Origin: Candidatus Marinacidobacterales bacterium
Lineage (GTDB): Bacteria; Acidobacteriota; Vicinamibacteria; Marinacidobacterales; DATDRI01
Direction of reading: 5' to 3'
NCBI GenBank assembly: GCA_965219415.1
Contig: CBDCNP010000002.1
Span: 2,944,001-3,008,000, forward strand
Length of the DNA: 64,000 nt
Each line of letters starts with the position of its first letter. Within the stretch, counting starts at the first letter, position 1. Below are positions 43,009 through 53,637 of the stretch, in pieces. The position numbers and the translations under genes were made by a program. The notes under the pieces were generated by a model. It ran no database searches. It saw only the letters and a list, made by a program, of their open reading frames with translations, and had not been told where the DNA came from.

Positions 43009-44535
43009 ATGGCACTTGAGATCAAATTTGGATATGAAAATTTCGCGAACTACAAGCGTCTCGCCTATAAGTGGTGGTTCGCATTAGCGGAATTCGTTGA
43101 TAACTCCACACAGTCATATTTTGATCATCGTGATGAACTTGCAGATGCGTATAAGGCGGAGGGGGAACGGTTCTCCGTGTTTATATCAACAGGCCAGGAC
43201 TTTGTGCGAGTATCCGATAATGCGATGGGCATGAGCCTCAAGGACTTGGAACTCGCGATGGTCGTTGGTGTACCGCCTAAAAACACGAAGGGTCGGTCGC
43301 GTTACGGACTCGGCATGAAGACTGCAGCCTGTTGGATAGGAGACAACTGGAAGATCGTAACAACCAAGCTGGACGAGCCAACCGAGTACACAGTTGAGGT
43401 GTCGGTAAACGACGTGGTGAATGGCAACGTCTCACCGCCGATGAGCCAAAGAGAAGTCTCTCCCGACGAGCACTACACCGTCATCGAAATTACCTCGCAT
43501 CATCGACCATTGCGTGGCCGAACGATCTCAAAGGTTAAGGAATATCTTAAGAGCATCTATCGAATGGATATCTCTTCGGGGAACATGTTGCTTCGATACC
43601 AAGACGCAGAACTCGAATGGAAAGGCTTCCTCAATGTCGATTTCCTACAACGCAGGGATGGTTCAGCGCACCGAGACGACTACATTTTTGAGATAAATTC
43701 TGAACCCGAAAAGAAGATCGTTGAAGGCTGGGTTGGTGTTCTCAAGAAAGGTTCGCGCGCAAAGGCTGGCTTCTCTATCCTGCATCGCAAGCGTTTGATT
43801 AAGGGCTGGCCGGATAGCTGGCGTCCTGAGAAAGTGTTCGGCGTCGGCGGCCGAAACGATTTAATTAACCAACGGGTCGTGGGGGAAGTCAACTTAGAGG
43901 ACTTTGAAGTCTCACACACTAAGGATGAAATCAACTGGAACGGTCTGGAAGAGGAACTCGTTGAGGACGGATTACTTAAAGTCTGTAAGCCGTTCATGGA
44001 GACTGCGCGAAAGGCCCGTGGTGGAATGGCGGTTGAACACGGGCCGAGCGACCTCCATGTCGATGCAGCTGTTCAGACCCTAGAACAAGAGCTCTCTACA
44101 CCCGAGTTTCTTGAAGCCTTACAGCTAGAGGAGACGCTTCCACCACTGGACCAGATTGAAGCGAGCAATCAACACGTAGTGGAGAACGCCAGGACGCAAG
44201 ATCCCGCGTTCGTCGTCGCTCTCAATGATATGACCATCCACGTCTACATAGACACGATTGGCTCACCGAACGATCCTTATTTCGTTAACGAGAATATTGA
44301 CGAAAACAAACTAGCGATAGTTGTAAACAAGCAGCACCCTCACTGGCGGATGCTCGAAGGCGAGAACTCGGTAGTAAACTACCTGCGACATTGCGTTTAC
44401 GATGGTGTCGCTGAGCATCGAGCCGCACGGATCAGAAGACTTGAGTCGGACTCAGTGAAGAGATTAAAGGACAGTTATTTGAGGGTGTCGTTCGATGTAC
44501 TACAGAGCTCCGAGGAAGAAAACGAAGAAGAATAG
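43009..44535 (+). CDS. MORC/GHKL-type ATPase (HATPase_c_3)
   Basis: ALAEFVDNS, DNAMGM, SRYGLGMKTAA, YTVIEI (GHKL motifs I-IV) plus an S5-like region. Confidence 0.85.
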   Translation: MALEIKFGYENFANYKRLAYKWWFALAEFVDNSTQSYFDHRDELADAYKAEGERFSVFISTGQDFVRVSDNAMGMSLKDLELAMVVGVPPKNTKGRSRYGLGMKTAACWIGDNWKIVTTKLDEPTEYTVEVSVNDVVNGNVSPPMSQREVSPDEHYTVIEITSHHRPLRGRTISKVKEYLKSIYRMDISSGNMLLRYQDAELEWKGFLNVDFLQRRDGSAHRDDYIFEINSEPEKKIVEGWVGVLKKGSRAKAGFSILHRKRLIKGWPDSWRPEKVFGVGGRNDLINQRVVGEVNLEDFEVSHTKDEINWNGLEEELVEDGLLKVCKPFMETARKARGGMAVEHGPSDLHVDAAVQTLEQELSTPEFLEALQLEETLPPLDQIEASNQHVVENARTQDPAFVVALNDMTIHVYIDTIGSPNDPYFVNENIDENKLAIVVNKQHPHWRMLEGENSVVNYLRHCVYDGVAEHRAARIRRLESDSVKRLKDSYLRVSFDVLQSSEEENEEE

Positions 44536-45158
44536 AAGCTTCTGTTAGAGATCAGTTGTCCAGCGTAAGGTCTGCCAGTTATTGTCGAGAGTTGTGAATC
44601 CGGGAATCGGTCCAGCGGCGTCCCCGTGGTGTCCGTACTTCCCCTGCATCCCCGGTGAGTTTACCGGATTTGGGAAGAGTAGGCCCGAAACGTTGTGCTT
44701 CAAGATCACGCTTTTCCCGGTCTCGCCCCTCCCGCGCAGCCTCGCTTGCGGGCCGCCAATCGAAGTGTCGCCGACCTCGATCGACCGAGAGTTCGGAACA
44801 TAGAGCTAATCCGAAACGGCCCAGCGCGCGGGTCTTGAGTTCGTTTGTGTTCTTGGACACGACGGCATCTCCATCATTGTTCTCCGCTTGATTTGTTCCC
44901 TGCGATCCCGTCTTGCGCCAAAACTGATCCACTGGCAACGTTGCAAGCGAGCAGTTGACGCGGCGTGGACGGTGGGAGACTGGAGTCCAATGAGGAGGAG
45001 AAAGGCAGTATCCTCCGCGGCCGAAACCAGGTGCTTTTCGCCTTGTCCGATGAACAGCGTCCGGTCCGCCGAGCCCAGTGTGAGAGATTGACGGTTCGTG
45101 AGTCCCTCGACAGTGACCGCGTATGGTGCAAATAGTACGTCGAGCTCGACGTCGGCCT

Positions 45159-45440
45159 TCATTCGATCCCGACAAGGTGCTCAAAACTCTCGCGGTTGAG
45201 AGGACAGTCCACAAGCTTGAGAAAATCAGTCCTACTAAGACCGCCACACTGCTTCGCCATCTGCGCCAGAAGCGGGTCTCCGAGCGCCTTGTAGCTTGAG
45301 CCGTGGCTCGTCCGAGTGCGGATCGGCGTCTTCTTGCCAGCCAGGGTCCTGTAGACGAAGTAGTGGTGGTGCCGTTCGTCCCGTTCGAAGCCCTTACGCT
45401 CCAAACTCGCCTCGACATCCTTCCGATTACGCGTGCTCAT
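45159..45440 (-). CDS. HicA-like mRNA interferase toxin
   Basis: L.RKGF..HHYFVY..T..SHG..LL.QMAKQ..L..F; 93 aa. Confidence 0.65.
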   Translation of the reverse strand: MSTRNRKDVEASLERKGFERDERHHHYFVYRTLAGKKTPIRTRTSHGSSYKALGDPLLAQMAKQCGGLSRTDFLKLVDCPLNRESFEHLVGIE

Positions 45441-46498
45441 CGGGCCAGCTCAAAGGTGCCGAGTAGCTGCTGCTTCAGCTCGAGTGCGTCCTCAGTCAGC
45501 TCATCGTCGCTCTCCGCCGCATACTGGCGCCACAGGAAATCAAGCTCGTCGTACAGGTCGACCTCAAGCTCCTCACGGAGTCCCGCCAGAAGCTGGATGC
45601 CAAAGGGGGCGTCCTGGAGCTCGTAGTATTGGCTCGTCTCGTCCAGCACCGGCTGGAACGACACGGGTTGCTTGGCAACGACCCGCTTATCGTCTACGTC
45701 GAAACCGTCGATCTCAATCACCGACAGATCGACCTCGATGATCTTCTCGACCTCGTTGATCCGTACCGGCTCCCTTTCGGCGTTGAGTACAACCTGCCCG
45801 ACCACTTGGATAAACTCCCTCGGTTTGTCTAGAAGCATGTCCTCGACTTCTCGATGATAGAAGCACTGTAGCTCCTGGCAGGTAGGAGGATAGTGCAGAC
45901 GCAACCTATTGCTAGAGAAGTCGATGCCGATCAGACGGCCTGTGATGGTGGTGACAGTGGCGTCGACTGTAGGTGCTGCGCTCAAGTTGTCCATGAACTT
46001 GGCGAACTTCGTTGGCACGAAAAGGTCGTAGCCAGAGCGCGACTGGAGGGTGACCTCGACGCCAGACCGCTTCGGCGGCGCCATCTTGCGCAGCGCCTCA
46101 AGGATGGAGGTCCGGTAACCGGGATGGGGCAGGACGGTGCGGATGCGCTCGCCATCTTCGTCCGCGATGGCCGACAGGAGATCGTGAAAGCGCTCGGTAA
46201 CAGCCTCGACGGCAGCAAGATCGAACAATCTCTGCGACGTGTCACCGATGACAACAGGCTCGATGTAGCTGCCTTCTTCGGGCAACTGACACAAGACTGC
46301 GTAACGCTTCTCGATCTCAGCCGACGGGCGCGCACGCTGGCGGATCTCCCTGCCCTCATGGAGCATGCCTAGAAGGTGGACGGCGCGCTGAAGCGACTGG
46401 AGAGACTGCGTCAGCACGGTCACGGACACGAAGTTCCCTTCGGTCGTCTTACCCCCGAATTTCAGCTGCAGTCCCCTGTCTTGCCGCTGAGGCATCAT
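45437..46498 (-). CDS. 353 aa hypothetical protein with acidic HicB-like C-terminus (putative antitoxin)
   Basis: 4-bp overlap with the toxin; C-terminal YYELQDAPFGI..REEL..LWRQYA..LTEDALELK. Confidence 0.5.
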   Translation of the reverse strand: MMPQRQDRGLQLKFGGKTTEGNFVSVTVLTQSLQSLQRAVHLLGMLHEGREIRQRARPSAEIEKRYAVLCQLPEEGSYIEPVVIGDTSQRLFDLAAVEAVTERFHDLLSAIADEDGERIRTVLPHPGYRTSILEALRKMAPPKRSGVEVTLQSRSGYDLFVPTKFAKFMDNLSAAPTVDATVTTITGRLIGIDFSSNRLRLHYPPTCQELQCFYHREVEDMLLDKPREFIQVVGQVVLNAEREPVRINEVEKIIEVDLSVIEIDGFDVDDKRVVAKQPVSFQPVLDETSQYYELQDAPFGIQLLAGLREELEVDLYDELDFLWRQYAAESDDELTEDALELKQQLLGTFELAR

Positions 46499-46647
46499 TT
46501 CCTCCCGCTATTCTTGCGGATTCTCACCGGACGCGCCTTCGTCTTCCAGAGTAGACTGCCAACCACTCAGCATACCAAAAAAAGCGGAGCGCGGCGCGGG
46601 CTTACACCCGAACCGCGAACCCATCTAGACGATAGAAAGGTCAAGTT

Positions 46648-46945
46648 GGATCTGTCCCGATTCCCGTGGAAATAAGAATGGCGTAACCTCCGGTTAAGAA
46701 AAACCAAACCACGCCTGTAAAGGCGAGGAGGAGGATTACGCCATGAAGAAGCCTACCTGTCCATCATCATTATTAATCCGGGACTGGACTCTAGGGCCCG
46801 GACCGCGTCTGGTCAAAATATTCGAACGCCCATCGGGTCAGCAGTTTGCACCTTTCCAACGGGAAGCCGCATGAGTATTTTGACCTCACGACTAAGCTGC
46901 TGATTTATGGCCTATTTCAAAAGGGCTGAGTTTTGGCACAGGACG
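46648..46945. mobile_element. Stack of four truncated element ends (IS256 left end, element A end, element B ends, dispersed end)
   Basis: Consecutive near-exact matches to 42885-42994(rc), 9346-9390, 59402-59448/59585-59617 and the CGTCCTGTGCC end. Confidence 0.8.
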
Positions 46946-47068
46946 GCCGAAGACTCTCCGCCGCAACCGCTGCTGCGGGTCGGTGGCGCGGATTGCGTGC
47001 ATAAGGCTTCAGACGTGAAAGCGGTGTCATCTTGACTGCCATTACTCGTTTCCCCAGTCGCTGCTGGT

Positions 47069-47790
47069 TCACTGGGCTAGCCACGCGCTGAAACGCTCGT
47101 TCATCGTGTCCATGTGGTCGCTCCACCACAACCAGTTGCTCTGCAGGACGCGCACGGTATTCTCTGGGTGGGTTGGCATGTGGGGGGTCATGTCGACACC
47201 GGCCTCGACGTGCGTCCCGACCAGCGGCAGGCCCGACCGGCGCACAGGGCTGTAGGCAATGTGACCGCTGACGGCCGCCATCGACTCCGCAGTTGTGGCA
47301 AACCGGACGAACTCCAACGCAGTCTCGAGGTTCCGCGTGCCAGCGACGATGCCAAGCTGGCCTGTGTCCAGCACTTGGCCGTCCCAAACGATCACGAAAG
47401 GTTGGCTCTCGATCACCTGCGCATTGAAGATGCGGCCGTTGTAAGCGGTGCTCATGACCACTTCGCCGTCTGCGAGCATTTGCGGCGGCTGCGCACCGGC
47501 TTCCCACCACACCACCTGTTCTTTGATGGTGTCGAGCTTACGAAAGGCCCGGTCTACTCCAGCTGACGTGTCGAGCGTAGTGTACACCTCACTGACTGGC
47601 ACGCCGTCGGCGATCAGCGCGAACTCCAGATTGACGAGCGGTGTGCGGCGCATCCCGCGGCGACCCGGAAAGCGCTCCAGGTCGAAGAAGTCGTCGATTG
47701 TTGCCGGTTTGTCGCCCGGGATACGCTCGGCGTTGTAGGCATAGACGGTGGAATAGAACAGTGTACCCACACTGCAGTCCAGCAGCGTGT
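47069..47790 (-). pseudogene. Polyamine-type ABC transporter substrate-binding protein, 5'-truncated at the CRISPR array
   Basis: DFFDLERFPGRRG..LEFALIADGV..VVWWEAGAQPPQMLADGEV..YNGR..ERFSAWL. Confidence 0.8.
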
Positions 47791-47812
47791 CGGGTCCGTA
47801 TGAGGTCCACGA

Positions 47813-49773
47813 GTGTCGCCGGGGTTTACTCCCCGGCCTTCGTTGAGCGCTCGAATGAAGATGTCTCAGGCGATCCGATGAGCTAGTGTCGCCGGGGTTT
47901 ACTCCCCGGCCTTCGTTGAGCGCTGTGCGGAGGATGCGAAGAGGCGAAGATGCCCACGGTGTCGCCGGGGTTTACTCCCCGGCCTTCGTTGAGCGCTCCC
48001 TCGCTAGTGAAACCGCAGCTCCGGTCCAAAGCCGTGTCGCCGGGGTTTACTCCCCGGCCTTCGTTGAGCGTCGCGCACCTGCTCCGGGAGAATCCCTAGC
48101 TTCGTCGTGTCGCCGGGGTTTACTCCCCGGCCTTCGTTGAGCGGTGCTCCATCAACGGGGCCTCGTATGGGCAGAGGACGGTGTCGCCGGGGTTTACTCC
48201 CCGGCCTTCGTTGAGCGGTGCTGTCTCCCGCCGGGACGGTCGTGCTGTCCAAGGGTGTCGCCGGGGTTTACTCCCCGGCCTTCGTTGAGCGGACAACGCT
48301 GTCAGGTTCCTCAAGCCGTACAGCGCCGCGTGTCGCCGGGGTTTACTCCCCGGCCTTCGTTGAGCGAGTTACCGGATTGGACGAATCCATGGACGAGATA
48401 TCAAGTGTCGCCGGGGTTTACTCCCCGGCCTTCGTTGAGCGCTCTAACCGTCCGCATTTGATAGCTTGTTTCGTCCGCAAGTGTCGCCGGGGTTTACTCC
48501 CCGGCCTTCGTTGAGCGGCCGCCGCCGCGGTCATACTTTGATTGCTCCCGATAGTGTCGCCGGGGTTTACTCCCCGGCCTTCGTTGAGCGAAGGCTCTGA
48601 CCAAGGAAGATCGCCAGGAACTCGCGTGTCGCCGGGGTTTACTCCCCGGCCTTCGTTGAGCGGCCGCCGCCGCGGTCATACTTTGATTGCTCCCGATAGT
48701 GTCGCCGGGGTTTACTCCCCGGCCTTCGTTGAGCGAAGGCTCTGACCAAGGAAGATCGCCAGGAACTCGCGTGTCGCCGGGGTTTACTCCCCGGCCTTCG
48801 TTGAGCGGGCGTCACCGACGGCATGGCCAAAATGCCAGACTCCGGGTGTCGCCGGGGTTTACTCCCCGGCCTTCGTTGAGCGCTGGCGGTCGGCTACAGC
48901 GCCGCAGAGGCGGCGGCGGTGTCGCCGGGGTTTACTCCCCGGCCTTCGTTGAGCGAGCTAGAGCATGTTCGAGAAATCACCGAACAGCGCGTGTGTCGCC
49001 GGGGTTTACTCCCCGGCCTTCGTTGAGCGGACTTAACAACGGTGATAGACCCGGCCGCGGGCGAGGAGTGTCGCCGGGGTTTACTCCCCGGCCTTCGTTG
49101 AGCGTTCATCAAATTCGCCGGGACCGCGATGCACTCGATCGCGTGTCGCCGGGGTTTACTCCCCGGCCTTCGTTGAGCGAGTAAGTTTCGCCCCGCTTGG
49201 AAACGCTGAATTGAGTGTCGCCGGGGTTTACTCCCCGGCCTTCGTTGAGCGTTCGAGCACGGGTGATGCCTTGAAAGGATCATTCTTGTGTCGCCGGGGT
49301 TTACTCCCCGGCCTTCGTTGAGCGAAGGCCGAAACGATGTCCATCCTGACAGGGAAGAGCTTGTGTCGCCGGGGTTTACTCCCCGGCCTTCGTTGAGCGT
49401 GAGCCGTTACGTCCGCAACTTTGCCATGGCGGGATGGTGTCGCCGGGGTTTACTCCCCGGCCTTCGTTGAGCGGTCCCAGGGTTTGCTCACGGGCTATCC
49501 CTTCCTCGCCGGTGTCGCCGGGGTTTACTCCCCGGCCTTCGTTGAGCGCGCTGAAGTCCGTCGTGGTTACCGATACTTCAGAAGCCTGTGTCGCCGGGGT
49601 TTACTCCCCGGCCTTCGTTGAGCGGCCAACGCCCGCCAGATGCTTGCGATTCTTGTGAAGGTGTCGCCGGGGTTTACTCCCCGGCCTTCGTTGAGCGGGG
49701 AATATTGGCGCCTGATGCTCACCTGGAACGAAACGGGTGTCGCCGGGGTTTACTCCCCGGCCTTCGTTGAGCG
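47813..49773 (+). CRISPR. CRISPR array, 27 repeats / 26 spacers, type I-G (I-U)-like repeat, no cas genes in window
   Basis: Identical 37-bp repeat GTGTCGCCGGGGTTTACTCCCCGGCCTTCGTTGAGCG (hairpin CCGGGG/CCCCGG); spacers 35-39 bp. Confidence 0.97.
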
Positions 49774-49783
49774 CTGACGCGGG

Positions 49784-50983
49784 GGTGCTTCCGCAATTAA
49801 GTGTTGGCAGCCAGCCCCTAACCGGTCTGCGTGCTAGAGTTTGAACCAGAATTCCGAAGACACAGTTCTCTCATCGTCAGGGCCGAGCCAAAGTGAAAAA
49901 TCGCAGATGTCTCAATCTCGCATGTCCGTTGCGGGGCAAAGTCAGTTCCGGAAACATCGTTCGCCACGGATTCTACCGAACCAGGTCCGGGAAACGCCGT
50001 CGATACCGGTGCGGCGAGTGCGGAAAGACGTTCTCCTCGACGAAAGGCACGCCCTACTACCGTCTCCAACATCGAAGAGCTACTTTCGATGGGGTCATCG
50101 CTCTCAGAGTCGAGGGTGTCAGCATTTCCTCGATTTCCCGGATCAAAGGGATTGCCTGGAACACCGTCGCCCGTTGGCTCGAGAAGGCAGCCCAAGTGTG
50201 TCATCGATTCAATCACAGAAGGATCGCTGGCTTCGCTGCCGAAGAGCTTCAAGCCGACGAGATTCGCACGTTCGCGGGCAACAAGAAGACACCGAGTTGG
50301 GTCTTCGTTACAATCGAAGTCTGGTCTCGGCTCTGGCCATCGACGGTGACGGGAAGGCGAAGCTACCGGAACACTCACGCTCTGTTTCGCGACCTTTCGA
50401 GACGGATGAATTTCGAGCGTCTTCCCTTGATCGTTACGGATGGATTCGAATTCTACCAGAAGGTCATCCGTCGCTTCTTCGGGCCAGCGTGTCTCTACGG
50501 CCAGGTCCTAAAAACGCGCAGGAACGATCGCATCATCAAGGTCGAACGGAGAGTGCTGCACGGAGCCGCGTGGCGATTCGAAGACGCGCTCAATAACTCC
50601 GAGGACTCTTCGACATTGAACACGTCGTTCATCGAGCGGTTGAATCTGACCATCCGGCAAAGCTCGGCATACCTTTCGAGACGAACGCTTTCCCACGCTC
50701 GCTCGACGGAGAGGCTCGATGAACACCTGGAGTTGCTCCGTTGCTATTACAACTTCGTCCGACCGCACGGAGCTCTGAAGTTCGGACGTGAGATCCGAAC
50801 TCCGGCTATGCAGGCTGGTCTGACGACGCGACGGCTCACCTTTCGAGACATCTTCTTGGCGATGACGATTCCTTTGTGGTCGCGGATCGAGGTTTTCGTG
50901 CTCAGTAGGGCGCGCAACCCGCTCTCTTCCGCACCTGTACCACTGCCCGCAGCCGCGTAGCAACACTTGATGGCGGAAGCACC
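49784..50983 (+). mobile_element. IS1-family element, copy 1; transposase 49893-50960
   Basis: Zn finger (CLNLAC..YRCGECGKTF), HTH, QADE..TDG..IERLN; IRs GGTGCTTCCGC(A/C)AT(T/C)AAGTGTTG. Confidence 0.88.
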
Positions 50984-51176
50984 GGGCGGGAGGACGATAG
51001 ACCGCACGGAGCTTCGCCATGGTATTGATGACCATTACTACCTCCCTCTCGCTGCTGGATCGAACATATCATATCATTCATTGCTCCTTCCGCCGGAACC
51101 CCACGGCTTGCGGGTAGTGGTCTAGTTTGAATTTTCTGGCCGCTGAACGGTCCGCCGTCTCGTGCTATCCTGGGGT

Positions 51177-51419
51177 ATGCCTACCCGATCAAGTAAGAAG
51201 AAGCGCCCACGAGACACTAATCAGCTCGCGAAGGCGATCGTCGACATTGCTACAGGACAAGAAGAGGACGATCTTAGCAAAGACAAGAGGCACCCAGAGG
51301 AACACAAAGGTCGATCTGGTGGAAAGAAGGGCGGCAAGGCTAGAGCATTGAGCCTTACCGAAGAGGAGCGTTCCGAGATCGCACGAATCGCGGCCAACGC
51401 ACGCTGGAAGAAGTTCTAA
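51177..51419 (+). CDS. Small basic protein typical of IS1/IS1595 cargo elements
   Basis: RPRDTNQLAKAIVDIATG..GGKKGGKARA..LTEEERSEIA..AA.ARW. Confidence 0.65.
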   Translation: MPTRSSKKKRPRDTNQLAKAIVDIATGQEEDDLSKDKRHPEEHKGRSGGKKGGKARALSLTEEERSEIARIAANARWKKF

Positions 51420-51943
51420 ATTGGCACTGGTTCGGGCTCCAATTCATCCGCTTCAGTTTTTAGAACCTGCGTAGCATGACGTGGCATCATCATCACCATT
51501 CGCTCGGCTACATCATCTTCAAAATCGAGCACTAGTTGAACTGGATCGTCCGTCGCGCTAAGTTCGTTGTAGGCGTCGATATCGATTTTGAGCTGAACGC
51601 AATCACTCACGATTAACTCTCGACGCTGTGTAAATGACTTCTCCATATGCTGACGCGAAGCGAACCCTAAGCTCGCCCAGAACGAGTACTGAACGCCTCC
51701 CTTGGTTACTCTCACCGCGTGGTTGACGCGGTACCGTCGCCCCTTTCGGTCCTCTTTATACTCGGCCCGTAGTGCGCTTGCCATTTGGCCGGCCAGCACG
51801 TCGTAAGGGTCGATTGTAGGAAGCTGCAACATACCCTCTACGACGGCTCGTTCGACGGCTTCGCGGGCACTCGAAGGTTTATGCCCTGACTCACTCTCGT
51901 ATTGGTGCCAGATTTGCTGTAGGCGCTCGTTTCTGTTTGTCAT
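51416..51943 (-). CDS. Hypothetical protein, third gene of the higBA operon
   Basis: Starts 20 bp after the HigA stop with a GAGGGG RBS; 175 aa. Confidence 0.7.
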   Translation of the reverse strand: MTNRNERLQQIWHQYESESGHKPSSAREAVERAVVEGMLQLPTIDPYDVLAGQMASALRAEYKEDRKGRRYRVNHAVRVTKGGVQYSFWASLGFASRQHMEKSFTQRRELIVSDCVQLKIDIDAYNELSATDDPVQLVLDFEDDVAERMVMMMPRHATQVLKTEADELEPEPVPI

Positions 51944-51963
51944 GACCCCTCGTCTTTGAGTCT

Positions 51964-53097
51964 CTATAGGTTCGTCGTGAATGATTGGCCCCATCCGTCA
52001 GTTATAGCTCCAGGAAGAACAAACCTCCTGGTTTTTACTAAGTGTTTTGTTAGATAGTCCCAGCGCTGCAACGAATTCCGTATCTGACCAACTATTAGAC
52101 CGGGGTGGCGGTTTAGCAGACGCGCGAAGGCAAGTACATCTTTCTCATAGTAAAAGGGCTTTTTTCTCTGTAGGAACGATTGGAGACGATCCTTAGGCGC
52201 ACAAAAATCTGCGGCGGCGAAATTTGCGGAACGCTCCTCTTCGGATACTGAGTTGTCCGTTCCAGCCCTAGCACTTTCAAGATCATCGATAACCTCCTTG
52301 TCTTGGCCGTGCTTTTGCAGTACGTGCTCTATTTCGTGACGTAAGACGAACCAGAAGTTGTCGATGCGGTCGTACCGTAGAGACATTCCAATGACGGGTG
52401 ATTTTGGATCCAACCAAAAACATACTCCATCGATCGTGGCTCCTGGCAGTTTCTCGACGAGAACAAACCGGACGCCGCAATCCATTAGAATACTAGGAAC
52501 ATGGCGCGTCTCCTCCGGCGCATAGAGAAAATCAGAGAAGTTATCTAGAGCCTTTCGTAGTTGGACGCTCGAATACGGCGGCACCGAAACCGACCGAGCA
52601 ATCTGCCGTACCCTAAAAAGCCATGTAAGTTGCGCAGGTGGAATCTCTCTTTCTTCGTAAGAGCTTCTCTTGGCGGCATGTGGCATGTAAGGGATCTCGG
52701 CTGGATTGTCTACTTCGAAGAAGCGAGCCAGTTGCGATTCCAATAGGTCCGCGTCAGACTGTTCGACCCACCCTCTCTTGATCATTTCCCGGACAGGAAA
52801 TCGAGACTGCAATTGAGCACGAACGGCAACGCCGCGATCTGGTTCGTTAGCCCGTGATAGGTCATACGCTTGTTGGAGATTGGCGAAAAATTCAGCAGGC
52901 ACGTCAAGCGCCTTACCGAGAGCCTTCGCCATATCCGAGCTGATCCCCCTCTTTCCGGACAGAATTGTGTTCAACGATTGCTCGCTACAATCCAATACGA
53001 AAGCCAAGTCACGCTGAATCCAATCGCGGGCCTCCATTTCCTGCTTGATGTAGTAGCCTGGATTCCGGACCCAACTCGTCGTGCCCGTGGCAGTCAT
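51964..53097 (-). CDS. higA: HigA-type HTH antitoxin fused to ImmA/IrrE zinc peptidase
   Basis: PGYYIKQE..Q.DLA..GKRGIS..FFANLQ..YD; DNFWFVLRHEIEH; E..AN. Confidence 0.85.
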   Translation of the reverse strand: MTATGTTSWVRNPGYYIKQEMEARDWIQRDLAFVLDCSEQSLNTILSGKRGISSDMAKALGKALDVPAEFFANLQQAYDLSRANEPDRGVAVRAQLQSRFPVREMIKRGWVEQSDADLLESQLARFFEVDNPAEIPYMPHAAKRSSYEEREIPPAQLTWLFRVRQIARSVSVPPYSSVQLRKALDNFSDFLYAPEETRHVPSILMDCGVRFVLVEKLPGATIDGVCFWLDPKSPVIGMSLRYDRIDNFWFVLRHEIEHVLQKHGQDKEVIDDLESARAGTDNSVSEEERSANFAAADFCAPKDRLQSFLQRKKPFYYEKDVLAFARLLNRHPGLIVGQIRNSLQRWDYLTKHLVKTRRFVLPGAITDGWGQSFTTNL

Positions 53098-53189
53098 CTT
53101 TTTAGCCTCCTTGCCATGCCACCCCCAAACCGTCAGCTTCAAAAACTGCACTCCGGGAGCTTTTTTTCGGCCACCCCCCCTACTTCGTT

Positions 53190-53486
53190 CTAGTGGTAGT
53201 CTTCGATTGCGAGTATCGTCATTTTTGGGGGTTTGATCGTCGCATCGATAGTGAAAACCATCCGATATTGTTGGTTTAGCCTAATAGACCTCTGACTTTT
53301 TCTTTCTCCCTTCAGTTTTTCGTAGTGCAAGCTCCTCCAGTTCCGCAACGTCCGCTCGTCTGGCGCGGCGCGTATCACGACCAATTTGTCACGACACGAG
53401 TTGATAACTGCAATGGGTAGTTTAACTTCACCGGCTCGGTCGCTTTCGATGAGAGCCAGCGTTCGATCCTTGAACTCAACCTGCAA
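53190..53486 (-). CDS. higB: HigB/RelE-family toxin
   Basis: SLHYEKLKGER..SIRLNQQYRMVF..IEDYH. Confidence 0.9.
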   Translation of the reverse strand: MQVEFKDRTLALIESDRAGEVKLPIAVINSCRDKLVVIRAAPDERTLRNWRSLHYEKLKGERKSQRSIRLNQQYRMVFTIDATIKPPKMTILAIEDYH

Positions 53487-53534
53487 TATCCCAATCCTCG
53501 CATCTCGCCCGCCTCGGATTAGTTCACACCTGGG

Positions 53535-53563
53535 ATGATACCGCTGCTACTTTAAAATGTCAA
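53535..53563 (-). promoter_or_regulatory. Sigma70 promoter of higBA
   Basis: TTGACA-N17-TATCAT on the minus strand. A divergent TTGACA-N16-TACTCT at 53604 faces the transposase. Confidence 0.7.
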
Positions 53564-53637
53564 TTAATAAACTTAACGCAACTGATTAAACTGGACTAAA
53601 TGCTTGACAAATTAGCCGGAAAATGTACTCTCTTCTT

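Noticed and set aside
44806-45162. Third gene of the HicA-like module
   Set aside because: Only a short cupin-like stretch is present and the ORF runs into a repeat end, so it is likely a fragment.
47850-49736. Self-targeting spacers within the window
   Set aside because: No convincing match found by eye. Spacer 11 resembles IS110 only over a few codons. A computed search is still needed.
47886-49770. ORFs across the CRISPR array (VSPGFTPRPSLS repeats)
   Set aside because: These are translations of the repeat, not genes.
47813-50983. CRISPR array adjacent to a transposase as a CRISPR-associated transposon
   Set aside because: The IS1 IR interrupts a spacer, a second IS1 copy has no array, and there are no cas or tns genes.
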